Positions 6,045-13,651 of a DNA stretch of 13,712 nucleotides are shown in pieces; the first letter of the stretch is position 1; each line of letters opens with the position of its first letter. The notes below the pieces were generated by a model. It saw only the letters and a program-made list of their open reading frames with translations, ran no database searches and was not told the origin of the DNA. Origin of the DNA: an uncultured archaeon. Lineage in GTDB: Archaea; Iainarchaeota; Iainarchaeia; Iainarchaeales; 0-14-0-20-30-16. The DNA lies in the NCBI GenBank assembly GCA_964480435.1, contig CAYZSS010000022.1:1343-15054 (forward strand), written 5' to 3'. Both the position numbers and the translations under genes were made by a program.

Positions 6045-7061
6045 CTATTTGCTTTCTTTTATTTCAAGTAACTTTGCAACAGCCTGTTTTACTTGTGAGA
6101 TCTCTTCAGGAGTAATTCTGTTTAAATTTAAAGAGAATGTTGCTTTTGGTTTTAAATACTTGAAAGTAGGCATGAAGTCCTCTACTTCTCTCTCTAACAT
6201 TAAATCTTTTTTAGTATAAATTATAATGTAATCTTTTTGAGTCTTTTCTAAAATTTTTCTAATTAATTTGTTTTGTTTTTCTGCACCTTCATTTAGTGCA
6301 ATCATAAATATAAGTGATTTTGCAAGCCTTTCTACTGCAATAACAGTTTGCTTTTCAATTATATTCATCTTAGAAAAATCTCTAACTAATAATCCTGGTG
6401 AATCAATAATTTGATATGGTTTGAATTTTTCTTCAAAAATTCCTACTTGTAATTTTTGAGTAGTAAATGCATAATCTTTGATTTCTGTTTTACTTCCAGT
6501 AATCTTATTTATGAATGTACTTTTTCCTACATTTGGAATACCTACTATTACTGCTGTAGGGTATTTTTGGAATTCAGGACTTCTTCTTAGTGTTTTTGTG
6601 CTTGCTCTAATATAATCTAAAGATTTATCCAATTTTTTCACAATAGAATTTACCCTTCCAAAGAATTCAGTTCTCATCTTGGGGGCAGCTTTCAAATTGG
6701 TTTTCATTTTTGCAAGATGTAAATTTTTTAAATCATTAAGAAGGAATTTTGTTTTGGCAATATGTGCTAAGCTTTGTTTTAAATCACGCAAATTTATTTC
6801 ATTTAAAAATAAGTCTTTGTTAATATCATTATCCATTTTATCTATGCTTGGGAATTGTTTTACTACATCTTCTAGTTGTTGTTTAATGTCATCATTTAAT
6901 AGGCAGATTCTCTTCATCTCTTTGTTGGCAATAAATACATATTTGGTTTTTTTTTGGGTGTTTTGCACTTGGTCTAGTTCGGCTTTGACTTTTTGTGCAG
7001 CACTATCCATTATTTCCTTTGCCTTTGGAATGTATGTTCTTTCTTTTTGTTTTTTACTCAT
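6045..7061 (-). CDS. NOG1-family GTP-binding protein (ribosome-biogenesis type GTPase)
   Basis: 338 aa with a long helical N-terminal region followed by a G-domain. G1 is GIPNVGKS, G3 is DSPGL, and the G4-like motif is TKKD. GAGGATC SD (complement of 7066-7072) lies 4 nt upstream of the ATG. Confidence 0.75.
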   Translation of the reverse strand: MSKKQKERTYIPKAKEIMDSAAQKVKAELDQVQNTQKKTKYVFIANKEMKRICLLNDDIKQQLEDVVKQFPSIDKMDNDINKDLFLNEINLRDLKQSLAHIAKTKFLLNDLKNLHLAKMKTNLKAAPKMRTEFFGRVNSIVKKLDKSLDYIRASTKTLRRSPEFQKYPTAVIVGIPNVGKSTFINKITGSKTEIKDYAFTTQKLQVGIFEEKFKPYQIIDSPGLLVRDFSKMNIIEKQTVIAVERLAKSLIFMIALNEGAEKQNKLIRKILEKTQKDYIIIYTKKDLMLEREVEDFMPTFKYLKPKATFSLNLNRITPEEISQVKQAVAKLLEIKESK

Positions 7062-7175
7062 AAAAGATCCTCTGTTCAGTATCTATATGGTGGGAAAGAT
7101 TTATATATGCCTTATAGTTATATAGATAGTTAATTTTTTAGCAAATTAATATTTATATCTTGTTGGAGGGATTTT

Positions 7176-8012
7176 GTGAAGACTTATTTATTGGGCTTAA
7201 TGGGTTTATTTCTTATTTTATCTGCATCTGCTGTTTTTTCAGCAAGTATGTGGTATGATTTTGGAAACAATTGGGCAACAGATGGGAATGCCTCTCTAAA
7301 TGTTTATGTGGATGCAGGAACTGATGGTACAGCAGACAACAGTAAGGCAGTAACAGTTTCTGTGAGTATTGACTCCAATGAATGTGAATATAGTGATACT
7401 ACTTCTTTACAATCCAATGGGAAATATTATGCTAATTTTAATTTAGATTTAAATTGTGATGGTGTTTTGGATATTAATGGTGCTGACCTTAATTTTGTGA
7501 TTTCAAGCACAAGTCCTGTATTATCAAAGAATTTTAGTTTTTATTTGCCTGGTTTTAAGGATGTAGATATGAACTGGCAAGATGGTAAATTAATAAGTGT
7601 TTATGCTGATGAAAATTTAACAATTAACCCAATTTTTTATGATGAAAATGGATCCGCTTTAGCAGATTTTAACGGGGACTTTAAATTATATTTATTTGGT
7701 CCTGATGGAAACTTTGTAGATAGTTATGATGTAAATGGTTTAGCTGATTATAATTTCCAATATGAAGGAAATTATGCAATAAAAGTTTATTATGGCGGAA
7801 AGGAATATAGCTACAATTTAACAGTAGTTAAATCTGAAGCATCAGCAGATAGTAGTGCTGATGGTACTGGTGCAGAAGGAACTGCAAAAAAGAGCACATG
7901 GTGGATTTGGGCAATTGTAGTTATAGGTGTAATTGCTGTAATCTTGATTGCTGATGTATTACATACTCTTTGGACTGAAAGACCAAAAAAACAAGGTTTG
8001 TCAAGAAAGTAA
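7176..8012 (+). CDS. Secreted/cell-surface protein with N-terminal signal peptide and C-terminal membrane anchor
   Basis: GTG start 5 nt after GGAGGG (7165-7170). Signal-like N-terminus MKTYLLGLMGLFLILSASAVFSA. Five N-x-S/T sequons (NAS, NFS, NLT, NGS, NLT). A Ser/Ala/Gly linker is followed by the hydrophobic helix WWIWAIVVIGVIAVILIADVL and a basic tail. No family recognised. Confidence 0.6.
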   Translation: MKTYLLGLMGLFLILSASAVFSASMWYDFGNNWATDGNASLNVYVDAGTDGTADNSKAVTVSVSIDSNECEYSDTTSLQSNGKYYANFNLDLNCDGVLDINGADLNFVISSTSPVLSKNFSFYLPGFKDVDMNWQDGKLISVYADENLTINPIFYDENGSALADFNGDFKLYLFGPDGNFVDSYDVNGLADYNFQYEGNYAIKVYYGGKEYSYNLTVVKSEASADSSADGTGAEGTAKKSTWWIWAIVVIGVIAVILIADVLHTLWTERPKKQGLSRK

Positions 8013-8105
8013 TTTTTCTAAAGAAAAATTATTTCAGGGCCAGAAGAAATTTCAGTAAAGAAATTTGCTTCTTGCAAAGGTTAAAGTAATTCCTGTAAAG
8101 GAATT
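8010..8105. repeat. Cluster of AT-rich perfect hairpins/dyads in the spacer after the surface-protein gene
   Basis: TAATTTTTC-taaa-GAAAAATTA (8010-8031, overlapping the TAA stop). AAATTTC-agtaaa-GAAATTT (8047-8066). TTTGC-ttctt-GCAAA (8064-8078). AATTCC-tgtaaa-GGAATT (8088-8105). The unit gtaaagRaatttgctt is repeated at 8055-8070 and 8095-8110. Confidence 0.7.
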
Positions 8106-8136
8106 TGCTTTTAATCTTTTCCTTCTTTTTTTTATT

Positions 8137-8868
8137 ATGGCTCATTTTAATACTCATTTAAAATTTGTGGAACCTTTAATTTCCAAACTTGACAAAAACT
8201 ATTTGCTTTCTGGTACTGTGTTTCCTGATATTGGCTTATATGTTAATTTTTCAAATAAAAAACATCAAAAAGATTTTACTCATTTTTTTCACTATCCTGA
8301 ACCAGAGAGTAAGATTGGACTTGAATTTGGAAGGGCTCTAATTGCTAAAGCAAAGACAAAAGAAGAGCTTTCTTTTGCAATAGGATTTTATAGCCATTTC
8401 TGTTTAGATAAAGCAGTGCATACCTATATTATGGGAAATAGCCTTACGCTAGATGAGCACATAATTCTAGAGTTCTTTAGGGCGTACATTGATTTTGAAA
8501 AGAGGGTTAAAAGGCTCTACTTTCCAAAGAAATTTGTTGCTTCTGTTTTTGAAGAGTTATATACACAAAATAAAGATAACTGTGATCATCTAAGGGTTGT
8601 GGGGCGCTGGAAGTTATTTAGATTTAAGTTTATAACTGAATATTTTTTAAGGCACCTAATAAAATTAAACTATGGTAAAAAACAAAAGAAGCTAAGAATA
8701 ATAAAATGTATTTTGTCTTTTTTCCAACCTTTCTACAAAAGAAAATATAATGTGGATTTGTTCTTGTATTTGCATCCACCCTTAAGTCTTAAGAAAAAGC
8801 ATTTGGCTAACTTAAATAGAATTATTGAAAAAACCCAGAAGGATTTCCTAAAGGAATTAAAACTTTAG
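8137..8868 (+). CDS. Hypothetical metal-dependent hydrolase, zinc-dependent phospholipase C-fold-like
   Basis: Starting at ATG 8137 the protein begins MAHFNTHLKF, followed by ..GTVFPDIG.., ..THFFH.. and ..GFYSHFCLDKAVH... This H/D spacing recalls the Zn_dep_PLPC-type family. The TTG 8065 extension in the ORF track is hydrophobic junk overlapping the hairpin spacer. Family assignment is from memory only. Confidence 0.45.
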   Translation: MAHFNTHLKFVEPLISKLDKNYLLSGTVFPDIGLYVNFSNKKHQKDFTHFFHYPEPESKIGLEFGRALIAKAKTKEELSFAIGFYSHFCLDKAVHTYIMGNSLTLDEHIILEFFRAYIDFEKRVKRLYFPKKFVASVFEELYTQNKDNCDHLRVVGRWKLFRFKFITEYFLRHLIKLNYGKKQKKLRIIKCILSFFQPFYKRKYNVDLFLYLHPPLSLKKKHLANLNRIIEKTQKDFLKELKL

Positions 8869-9057
8869 TAAGCCTTTAGGTATTTCAACTAAAATTTCGT
8901 CTTTTCCAACTCTTTTTTCAACACCTAATTCGTTGGCATCTACTACTTTTCCAATTACTAGATATGAATTATTATCTGTTTCAAAGATTGCAGGGCATTG
9001 CGTACAACAATCTCCGCACATCATATTCTTTGGGGTTAATTCTTTCTTTATTTGCAT
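8857..9057 (-). CDS. Small Cys-rich protein (CGDCCTQC knuckle), function unknown
   Basis: 66 aa from ATG 9057. AAGGAGTGAT SD (complement of 9062-9071) lies just upstream, so the GTG at 9066 sits inside the SD. Four Cys occur in CxxCCxxC, followed by a beta-rich segment PAIFETDNNSYLVIGKVV. The 3' end overlaps the convergent 8137-8868 gene by 12 nt. Confidence 0.55.
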   Translation of the reverse strand: MQIKKELTPKNMMCGDCCTQCPAIFETDNNSYLVIGKVVDANELGVEKRVGKDEILVEIPKGLLKF

Positions 9058-9138
9058 ATTTATCACTCCTTAGTTAAGTATATTTTTACTTATTATTATT
9101 TAGGAATAATTCTATTTTTAAAGAATACTGTAAAAAAG

Positions 9139-10119
9139 CTATATTTTTAAATTTATTTCACTAACGGACTGAGCTTTTATTCCTGTTTCTTTCTCAATGG
9201 CTTTAGCAAACTCTTCACTTTTTCCATGGTAGGTATATACTTTTTTTGGATTGCTTTCTTTAATAAAATCTATTAATCCGTAGTAATCTGCATGAGAAGA
9301 TAGTCTAATATTGTGGTACCTATCTTGACCAGTTACAAAAGTATAATCTAGCTTCTTGCCGGAGATAAAAGAAATGTAATTAATCATGTCTTTGGAATAT
9401 TTTGAAGGAGGTAAAATAATATAATCAGCATCTTTGAGCTCTTCTAATGGAAGCATATTCTTTTGCTTTTTTCCATGGCTGTTATAAACTTCATTTGAGA
9501 AAATTGTGTCCGCAGGTAGTGCTACATAACAACCCGTTTCTTTATTAATCTCCCTAACTATTTCCTGAGTTTTTCCTAGTTTGTGTGTAATTATCACTGG
9601 TAGTTTATTATTATATACTGTGTTTTTCACCCAGTTTTTTATTTTTTTGTAACCCTCATTTCTTTTTTGAAATTGATGTTTTTCAGTACCGTATGTACTT
9701 TCTATAATCATGAAGTCTAAGTCATTAATTGGTTTTATAGGTTTTGATATGTTTGTTGCTTCTGTGTTTATATCTCCTGTGACTGCGTATCTTAATTTGT
9801 CATTTTCAACTAGCACCGAGGCGCTTCCCAGAATGTGACCGGCGTTAAGCAAGGTAACTTTATTTCCATTTAATTTTATTTGCTTGTTGTAATCATAAGG
9901 AATAAAGTTTACGTCAAAATCATAATTCCGTTTTAGAAGATCTACTGTTGCTTTGTGTGCAATAAATGCATTATATCTTCCGGCTTTTGCTATTTTTATG
10001 TGGTCGGAATGTGCGTGTGTAATAATATTTAATTCGGAATAATTTTTCTGGGCTAAAGGGTCTATGGTAAATGGTACTTCCCCTGAATATTTTACTGTTG
10101 TGTTATTTACCTTTAACAT
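9139..10119 (-). CDS. Metallo-beta-lactamase fold nuclease of the beta-CASP family (short form)
   Basis: 326 aa. MBL motifs are HAHSDH, GHILGS and TGD. Beta-CASP motifs are IESTYG (A), LSSHAD (B) and TYHG (C). It has no KH or other N-terminal RNA-binding domains. Confidence 0.75.
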   Translation of the reverse strand: MLKVNNTTVKYSGEVPFTIDPLAQKNYSELNIITHAHSDHIKIAKAGRYNAFIAHKATVDLLKRNYDFDVNFIPYDYNKQIKLNGNKVTLLNAGHILGSASVLVENDKLRYAVTGDINTEATNISKPIKPINDLDFMIIESTYGTEKHQFQKRNEGYKKIKNWVKNTVYNNKLPVIITHKLGKTQEIVREINKETGCYVALPADTIFSNEVYNSHGKKQKNMLPLEELKDADYIILPPSKYSKDMINYISFISGKKLDYTFVTGQDRYHNIRLSSHADYYGLIDFIKESNPKKVYTYHGKSEEFAKAIEKETGIKAQSVSEINLKI

Positions 10120-10207
10120 TTAGATCCCTAATTTGTGGTAATAAAGATAGGGCTTTCTAGATTATAAAGATTATTGGTAAATGAAATGAAAATAAGAATT
10201 ATGGTAA

Positions 10208-10714
10208 TTATTTATATGGTGCTAGAGTTAAATAGCAAACAGTATCCTTGCTTCCTGTTATGGCATAGGTGGAATCAAAAAAAGAATAATATGGATTATT
10301 AGGAATTTCACCATCGTTACTGCACATGGCATATAAGGTTACTTTGTATGTTTTTGTTCCGGTATATTTTATCTGGTCAGAAGAAACAATAAAATCGCTC
10401 ATTTGTACTTTTGATGGGATGAACTGAATCTGATTTGGCTCTAAAGAGTGAACTATATTAATAATATCTGTTAATGTTATTGTACTATGGTCTTGTTTAA
10501 AGGCCGCACCTGTGCTGAAAACTTCAGAAGGGTCGGCGTAAGCTTGTTTTACTATGCCTGCTGCCACGCTTCCTGGATTTTTTAACATATTTTCTTCATG
10601 TATTCCATCACCAAAAGGTATAAAATTAATTGCTATTATAAATAATATTAGTGCTATAATAAAAATAATAACTGCAATTCCTAAGATTTTTAAAACTTTT
10701 TTTCCAGTAACCAT
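10208..10714 (-). CDS. Membrane-anchored hypothetical protein (single N-terminal TM helix, extracytoplasmic domain)
   Basis: 168 aa. A basic N-terminus MVTGKK is followed by a ~25-residue hydrophobic helix, then a soluble domain with two Cys. No family recognised. Confidence 0.5.
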   Translation of the reverse strand: MVTGKKVLKILGIAVIIFIIALILFIIAINFIPFGDGIHEENMLKNPGSVAAGIVKQAYADPSEVFSTGAAFKQDHSTITLTDIINIVHSLEPNQIQFIPSKVQMSDFIVSSDQIKYTGTKTYKVTLYAMCSNDGEIPNNPYYSFFDSTYAITGSKDTVCYLTLAPYK

Positions 10715-10827
10715 ATTTTCACTTGTAAGTTAAGATACTATCTACTAATATCTACTGTGATTATTTAAAAATGTTACCCTTTATTTGAAATTATAATTAA
10801 AAAATAGAAAAAGAAAGAAACGTAACT

Positions 10828-11223
10828 CTACATTTCTATTGCGTTTAATATTCCTGTTTGTCCAGGTCTTGAAGTAATTTTTGCTAAAATGGTTTTATCT
10901 TGTAATTTTACTTCTACTTCTGCGCCTTTAGTTAAAATGTTTCTTCTTATGAACTCTTTGTTTGCTTTGTTTCCTTTTTCTGTTATTACTTCGCCTTTAA
11001 CAATTTGTCCTTCTTTTGTTTTAACATTAACAAATTTTAATTTTAAAGGAACAGTTTTACTATTTCCACCTTTAATTCTCAAAACCTTTCTTTTTTCTTC
11101 TGTATTAGTTATTGCTGGTTTAGAAGGGTTATTTCTTAGTTCTGATAGTTTCTTTTTCTTTCTTCTTACTGTGTGGTTTAATCCACCTGTAGATCTTCTT
11201 TTTGCTTTTTCATTTGATAACAT
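10828..11223 (-). CDS. rps8e: 30S ribosomal protein S8e
   Basis: 131 aa. RRSTGG...RRKKKKLSELRNNP, RIKGGNSK, NKEFIRRNILTKGAEV and the C-terminal SRPGQTGILNAI match the eS8 family pattern. AGGTGA SD (complement of 11229-11234) lies 5 nt upstream. Confidence 0.9.
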   Translation of the reverse strand: MLSNEKAKRRSTGGLNHTVRRKKKKLSELRNNPSKPAITNTEEKRKVLRIKGGNSKTVPLKLKFVNVKTKEGQIVKGEVITEKGNKANKEFIRRNILTKGAEVEVKLQDKTILAKITSRPGQTGILNAIEM

Positions 11224-11429
11224 TCATTTCACCTTATAAAAAGTATATTTTTCAAAACTTTATGATATTTATAGAAGTATATATTTTTAAATAAGACGCT
11301 AATTTTTCCTTAGGTTTAAGAACGGGGTCGTAATAATAAAAACTTTGTTTTATAGCTAAATGTTTTTAATCTTTAGTGTTTTTATTATATTGAGGTATAT
11401 GCTATATATTATATAAGGATGGGTATTTT

Positions 11430-11861
11430 ATGAAAGACGACTTTTATGACTTTGATCCTTTTAAGTTGTTTAATAAATTTGAGAAGATGTTTAATGATAT
11501 GGGACCCCAAGAAAAAAGAATAAAATCTTCGACTAGGGAGCCTTTAGTAGATATTTCTGAGACAGAGAATGAAATAAAGGTATTAGTAGAACTCCCTGGA
11601 GTAGAGAAGAAAGATATAGATCTTGAAATTAAAGGTAATTTTTTAATTATAAGAGCTACAATATCCAAGAGTAATAAAAAAGAACAAAAAGATTATTTGT
11701 ATCAGGAAAGGACATATCAACAATATTATAGGGTTGTTCCATTATCTAAGGAAGTAGACCCTAGTAAAATAGATGCAAAATATAATAATGGTATTTTGGA
11801 AATTATCTTGCAGAAGAAAAAAGTAATAAAAAAAGCAAAAAATAGAATTATGATTAAATAG
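11430..11861 (+). CDS. hsp20: Small heat-shock protein, Hsp20/alpha-crystallin family
   Basis: 143 aa. The alpha-crystallin domain reads PLVDISETENEIKVLVELPGVEKKDIDLEIKGNFLIIRA ... YYRVVPLSKEVDPSKIDAKYNNGILEIILQKK. Confidence 0.9.
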   Translation: MKDDFYDFDPFKLFNKFEKMFNDMGPQEKRIKSSTREPLVDISETENEIKVLVELPGVEKKDIDLEIKGNFLIIRATISKSNKKEQKDYLYQERTYQQYYRVVPLSKEVDPSKIDAKYNNGILEIILQKKKVIKKAKNRIMIK

Positions 11862-11871
11862 GAGGAATATT

Positions 11872-12147
11872 ATGGCAGTAATAAATAAGTTAGGGGTTTT
11901 TAGTTTAGCAAAGATAATGGCTTTGTATAATTTGGTTTTTGGGGTGCTTATTGCAATACTATCTATAATTGCAAAGATATTTGTGTATGGTCCTTTGGCT
12001 AGTTATACTTGGAGTATGGCTGTTATACAAGAAATAATATTCATTATTGCAATGCCAATATTTGGATTTATCCTTGGGCTAGTAATTGCATTAATACTAA
12101 ACTGGGCTCTAAAAGTAGGTGGCGGTTTAGAAATAAGTCTGGAGTAA
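11872..12147 (+). CDS. Small integral membrane protein (about three TM helices), function unknown; apparently co-transcribed with hsp20
   Basis: 91 aa. GGAGG (11861-11865) lies 6 nt upstream of the ATG, and the gene starts 10 nt after the hsp20 stop. It is strongly hydrophobic. Confidence 0.6.
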   Translation: MAVINKLGVFSLAKIMALYNLVFGVLIAILSIIAKIFVYGPLASYTWSMAVIQEIIFIIAMPIFGFILGLVIALILNWALKVGGGLEISLE

Positions 12148-12176
12148 AGGAATTTTTATGTCTCTGTTGTGATTTC

Positions 12177-12413
12177 TTTTCTCAGAGAAAAAGCAAATTT
12201 CTGTGCAAACAGAAATTTCTTTAGTAAGAAGTAACTTTTCGAAAGAAAAGTTCTTCTGACCCTCAAACTTTTTCTAGGAAGAAAAAGCTTTGTTGGCTCC
12301 CGAAACAATTTGCTTTTTAGGAAGAAGACATTTTGCAGTTGCAAAATGCTTCAGCCACTGAAATACTTTTGTTTTACACAAAAGTAGTTTCTTTGCAAAA
12401 TGGTTTCTTGAAA
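12177..12413. repeat. Array of at least seven different perfect AT-rich hairpins/dyads in a 299-nt ORF-free spacer
   Basis: 12177-12191 TTTTCTC-a-GAGAAAA. 12195-12218 AAATTTCTG-6-CAGAAATTT. 12233-12252 AACTTTTC-GAAA-GAAAAGTT. 12268-12287 CTTTTTC-6-GAAAAAG. 12329-12348 CATTTTGCA-gt-TGCAAAATG. 12350-12362 TTCAG-cca-CTGAA. 12364-12386 TACTTTTGT-5-ACAAAAGTA. Also TTTGCAAA at 12392-12399. Confidence 0.75.
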
Positions 12414-12446
12414 TCAGCAACTTAGGCACAAAACAAGAGGTATTTT

Positions 12447-13565
12447 ATGCCAATAATATTTAATAAACTGAAGAGGAGGACCCGGAAATCTGTTGTTAGT
12501 GTTGATTACTCGGTATTTCTTTTCTTTTTTGTAATAATATTGGCGTCTTTAATTCTATTTTCTTTTACTACAAAATTTATAAGTGTAATTTTTTTATGTT
12601 TGGTATTTCTTATTTCTGTAATAGTTCACGATTTAGCCCAAATCCTTTACATGATGGCTTTAAAATACAAACTCAAGAGATTTGTGATGTATCCTTTTGG
12701 ATCTAAGAAAGTTTATGACCGGTTTTTTGATAAACCTACACATGAACTGTTTTATGCTTTAATTGGGCCGATTTCTAATCTGGTTGTTCTTGTGGTTGCT
12801 TTTATAATTGCAGTAAATTTACCTAGTGCTTGGCCTGAATCAATCATGCTTAAAGATACTTTGACTGCACAGACTTTTGATATTGCTCTGATTCAATTCC
12901 CTCTGTTTGTTGTTGTGTGGATAAACTTTTTACTATTTATATTTAATTTACTTATTCCTGCCTTGCCTTTGGATGGTGGTAGAATTTTCCATTCTCTTCT
13001 AACAATCTGTTTTGGAAATTATTCGGCAAATAGAATTCTGCCTTTGTTTAGTAAGGTTTTAGGATTTATAGTAATTCTTTGTGGATTTATATTTTGGGAT
13101 CTGCTTGTCCTCATGCTGGGTGTATTTATTTATTTTATGAGTAATAAAGAAGCAAAAGAAAGCGAGTTATATGTTACTCTGGACGGTCAAAAGGCAGGAG
13201 ACCATGTTTCAACTAAGTATCTAATGGTTAAAGCGGAAGAATCGATTTTTGATGTTTTTACTAAGATGTCACAGGAAAGAGAAGTAGATGTGATTGTTGA
13301 TTATGGCAAGAATGAGTATGGTGTTTTGGGGATTGACACAATTTCAACAATTCCAAAAGGTTACTGGGTCTCAGAAAAAGTAGGGGATAGAGCAAAAGTA
13401 GTTGATCATGTAATTCCTACTGAGGGTCTGGCCTTTGTTGTACACTATATGATGGAAAATAGTCTGAATATCTTGCCTGTTTTCAGTAATAAAGAGCAGA
13501 CTATTATTGGTGTTCTAAAAAGAGTAGATATTGCAAGTGTTATCAGATTGGGAAGAATTTCTTAA
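12447..13565 (+). CDS. Site-2 protease (peptidase M50) family membrane protein with C-terminal CBS pair; zinc motif degenerate (HDLAQ)
   Basis: 372 aa, polytopic. The family motif NLLIPALPLDGGRIF (NxxPxxxLDGG) is present. The position of HExxH reads VHDLAQ (12627-12641). The C-terminal ~140 aa has two CBS-like repeats. GAGGT SD at 12437-12441. Confidence 0.75.
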   Translation: MPIIFNKLKRRTRKSVVSVDYSVFLFFFVIILASLILFSFTTKFISVIFLCLVFLISVIVHDLAQILYMMALKYKLKRFVMYPFGSKKVYDRFFDKPTHELFYALIGPISNLVVLVVAFIIAVNLPSAWPESIMLKDTLTAQTFDIALIQFPLFVVVWINFLLFIFNLLIPALPLDGGRIFHSLLTICFGNYSANRILPLFSKVLGFIVILCGFIFWDLLVLMLGVFIYFMSNKEAKESELYVTLDGQKAGDHVSTKYLMVKAEESIFDVFTKMSQEREVDVIVDYGKNEYGVLGIDTISTIPKGYWVSEKVGDRAKVVDHVIPTEGLAFVVHYMMENSLNILPVFSNKEQTIIGVLKRVDIASVIRLGRIS

Positions 13566-13651
13566 TATTCTTGCCTAAAAGCTTATATATCTAAATATAG
13601 TTATTTTACTTGTTAATATATATATTATGCCTATAATAAAGAGGGAATATT

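Noticed and set aside
6679-7125. 148-aa + strand ORF opposite the GTPase gene
   Set aside because: It is a shadow of the NOG1-like gene. Its Cys/Phe/Leu-rich composition is typical of antisense translation of a Lys/Glu-rich gene.
10889-11668. ORFs 10889-11239 (+) and 11444-11668 (-) opposite rps8e and hsp20
   Set aside because: They are antisense shadows of confidently identified genes.
12009-12344. ORFs 12009-12224 (+) and 12156-12344 (-) inside or around the hairpin spacer
   Set aside because: The + ORF overlaps the small membrane-protein gene out of frame. The - ORF is a low-complexity basic K/F/L string produced by the palindromic AAAAG/CTTTT content. Neither has an SD or a recognisable fold signature.
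8010-12446. Hairpin clusters as a replication origin (ORB/mini-ORB-like TTCC...GGAA dyads plus AT-rich DNA)
   Set aside because: No orc1/cdc6 or other replication gene is adjacent. The dyads are heterogeneous rather than repeated ORB copies flanking an unwinding element, and they occur at three separate loci. This is not excluded, but the window does not support it.
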